DNA from: Amphiscolops sp. MND2022
Taxonomy: Eukaryota
Reading direction: 5' to 3'
Assembly: GCA_964187785.1 (NCBI GenBank)
Contig: OZ076413.1
Span: 42,472,001-42,536,000 of the forward strand
Length of the DNA stretch: 64,000 nucleotides
Of the stretch, positions 61,192 through 64,000 are shown piece after piece. Each line of letters starts with the position of its first letter. The stretch's first letter is position 1. A model generated the notes under the pieces. That model searched no databases, was not told where the DNA came from, and saw only the letters and a program-made list of their open reading frames with translations. The position numbers and the translations under genes were made by a program.

Positions 61192-61377
61192 ACTACGAAA
61201 CTCATAACTTTCCGATCCTGTCGCTTCATCCAATCGTTTCGTCTCCGTGCTTTTACAACTTCTTAGATGAAATTTTTCTGATACGTATCAGAAAAAATTC
61301 ATCTAAGAAGTTGTAAAATCACGGACATGAAACGATTGAATGAAGCGACAGGATCGGAAATTTATAAGTTTCGTAGT
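61192..61377. repeat. Near-perfect 186-bp palindrome (foldback)
   Basis: Centre atac|gtat at 61284/61285; 93-bp arms with a few mismatches. Confidence 0.9.
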
Positions 61378-62189
61378 TCCTTGTTGACACTCTGAGCTCC
61401 CTTTTTGTGAATCATTTCAATTTTTGAACTCGACAGCTGTTGATCAGTTGGATAATTCGGTTCAAAGCAAACAAAAACCCCTTCATTTCAGTCTGTATCA
61501 TAAGCGATAAAAGTTTTCCTGAATATATACTTTGGGCTAGGCATCGGTATACTTTGCGACTCGAAAAAAAAAACATTTAAAAAAAAACCTTCAAAGGTTG
61601 CCTAAAAAGCAGATGTGAACATTGTTAACAACTTTTGGATACTTTTTTTTTCAAAAAACACCAAACAAAGAAAAGATATATTGAAACCTGTAAGAAAATT
61701 TCTTGAACAAAAATTGAACAAATTATCATTTTCCTATTCCAGCAACATTTATTGAAGGAACATTTTAATTTCTCCAAAACTACATATTCTAAGAACCTAA
61801 GTGTTTCTTTGTTGAATTCTGTGGAAGAACGTTTTTCTTTGGCGTACAAATTTAGAGTTTGTCAATACTAGTATTTTCATCAAACTAAGTAGAGTATTTT
61901 TCTTTTTTACTTTTGTGAAATAGTGAGAGAAAATTATAAAACAAACAACGAAGTATAATGTTAATAGAAAACAAAAGTTTTTTATTAGATCATTGTTCAC
62001 CAGTGTCACAACCTCACTGTTGTGCTGGTGCCATTGGGTAATTCTTAAGAAAACGAGAACTGCAAAACCCGATTTCCAGAAATTCATGAATTTTAGATGG
62101 TCAACAAGGACAATAAACTAATCCCCCAGCTTCTTACTTTAGTCATGTAATTTCATATTTGTTAACCAAATTTCATACTGAATTCAGAT

Positions 62190-64000
62190 TGTTATACATC
62201 TGAAGTATTAGAAGCGTAAATTTAATCCTTCATTACATACTTTTGAGAGCTTATAATTGCATAAAACCCAGGTTAGAGTAGAGCAAACACGTGCTAATGA
62301 GTAATATGTTACGTAATAATGATTCTTGTCTAGCCCAATTTAGCTTAATTACCATTTTGTGCTAGTGACTATGCGGTACTATGCGGTTCGAGTAGTACCA
62401 CATACTCGTCATTATGCGTTTTTGTCAAGTTCACTATGCGGCATCCTACGGTTCGAGGTGCGACGAGTACTCGTCACTATACGTCACAACACTGTACGTC
62501 ACACTGCGGTTCGAGTAGTGACGTATACTCGTCACTATGCGGATTCAGCAGTATTAGCTACAAATACCAGTGTTGCTAGAGTAATCCAAATTGCGTTTAA
62601 AATAAACTTTTGTATGATGCTATTTATTGAATTCTAGGGTCTTAGTGCTCTATATTTCTTGAGATATAAATAGAATGACGTCTCCTGACGTAATTCTATT
62701 TTTGCAAATCCCTGTATGATACCTGTAAAAAGGAGTGTCATACTTTTAATTTTGAGACCGTTAGTGCAGTTTTAGACCAATCATTCCAAAACATAACTTC
62801 AGTTGAAAGCAGTAACTCTCAAAAGAAACTTCCCAACTGCCATGTAAATCAATTTTCATCAACTTTGTTCACCAATTGAACTTTGCTTCATCATTAAACT
62901 GCAAAGAAATTCAACTATTTCTCGGCAAGAAAACCTTGTTTTTCACTTGAGTGAGATGGGAAACAGAAGAAACAGGAGACAAGTGATATCGAAAAAGACA
63001 TTCGGGATCCAAAAATGAGAGGTCTATAGGAGTTCCCGCATCTAATAACAAAAATCCAGAATCAGAAAACGACGATAATCCTCTCAGAGCTTCAAAAATG
63101 AAAGACTTAAGACATCCAGCCAAATCATTGTACCAAAACGAACTGAACTTAGAAGACGGAATAATAACTTCAGAAGAGGATTATCACATGGTGACAGGAG
63201 CCAACCGACAACTCCGTAGACAAATCTTGCAAAATGCTCAATTTTTATACGACACGACAAGATCCCACGCAAGCCAAGACACATCAAATTCAACGAAATT
63301 ACAGTTTGACCCAAATAACCAAATGGCAATAGCAATAACGAAACTGGATACTCTCAACCATTGCTTTTTCATGCAAAAACAACCACCTCCCTCCCTCGTC
63401 AGTTCAAGAAACAGTGGGGGAGCCCAGTGGAACAACCCACTGGACCAAAAAGAGGAATTTTGATAGAAAGTTCAACAAACAGATGATGATGATTTAGTTA
63501 CACCAAAAACTCAATAATACAAAACGAATCTACCCACAAAAACAGACAAACGACCCCAGAAAACTCCCAAAATACCTCATTACAAAGCAAACACAACAAG
63601 ACGCGAACGAATAAACGCTGGAAAATACAACTTTGGTTCCAATCATAACCCAATTTAATTCTTCATTACATACTTTTGAGAGCATATGATTGCATAAAAC
63701 CCAGGTTAGAGTAGAGCAAACACGTGCTAATGAGTAATATGTTACGTAATAATGATTCGTGTCTAGTCCAATTTAGCTTAATTACCATTTTGTGCTAGTG
63801 ACTATTCGGTACTATGCGGTTCGAGTAGTACCACATACTCGTCATTATGCGTTTTTGTCAAGTTCACTATGCGGCATCCTACGGTTCGAGGTGCGACGAG
63901 TACTCGTCACTATACGTCACAACACTGTACGTCACACTGCGGTTCGAGTAGTGACGTATACTCGTCACTATGCGGATTCAGCAGTATTAGCTACAAATAC
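62190..64000 (+). mobile_element. Second non-autonomous LTR element of the LTR-encoded-gag type (runs off the window)
   Basis: LTR ~62190-63188 (tgttatac...tatcaca), PBS tggtgacaggag at 63189, ~460-bp internal region, second LTR copy from ~63652 (matches from 62219); ORF 63098..63463 crosses the LTR/PBS junction as EEDYH-MVTG. Confidence 0.8.

Noticed and set aside
61170..61205. Hammerhead ribozyme core (ctgatga...gaaa)
   Set aside because: The sequence between the two motifs cannot form stem II; the match arises from the palindrome arm.
62365..62545. Repeated actatgcggttcgagtagt units as CRISPR or tRNA genes
   Set aside because: These are degenerate tandem repeats inside an LTR, duplicated in the second LTR copy, and no cloverleaf is visible.

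Overview
AT-rich, intron-containing eukaryotic (probably invertebrate animal) DNA dominated by retrotransposons; no prokaryotic operon, rRNA or CRISPR array is visible. Main contents: (1) an ~18.3-kb decayed Ty3/Gypsy element on the minus strand (920-~19266). Besides gag-pol it appears to carry a tandem aspartic-protease pair, a C-terminal Pol extension with TARG1/OARD1-like macrodomain(s), and a large (~1380-codon) third ORF with an SGNH-like core in the position where env would normally sit. (2) A CR1/L2-group LINE (~25531-30010, minus) with PHD-ORF1, APE-RT ORF2 and an extra upstream SGNH-like ORF. (3) A hAT transposase remnant. (4) A 3-exon PLAC8/cornifelin-family gene. (5) A young non-autonomous LTR element (38797-45425; ~1.6-kb LTRs, 5-bp TSD) plus two related LTRs (47843-~49335 and 62190-64000), in all of which the Gag-like ORF starts deep inside the LTR; in the two with a PBS the frame runs through an ATG at the LTR/PBS junction. 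(6) The first exon of a probable class A GPCR. (7) A decayed BEL/Pao element (54827-~60255). (8) Many MITEs, minisatellites and two adjacent spacer-less palindromes. All domain calls come from motif reading by eye and have not been confirmed by any search.
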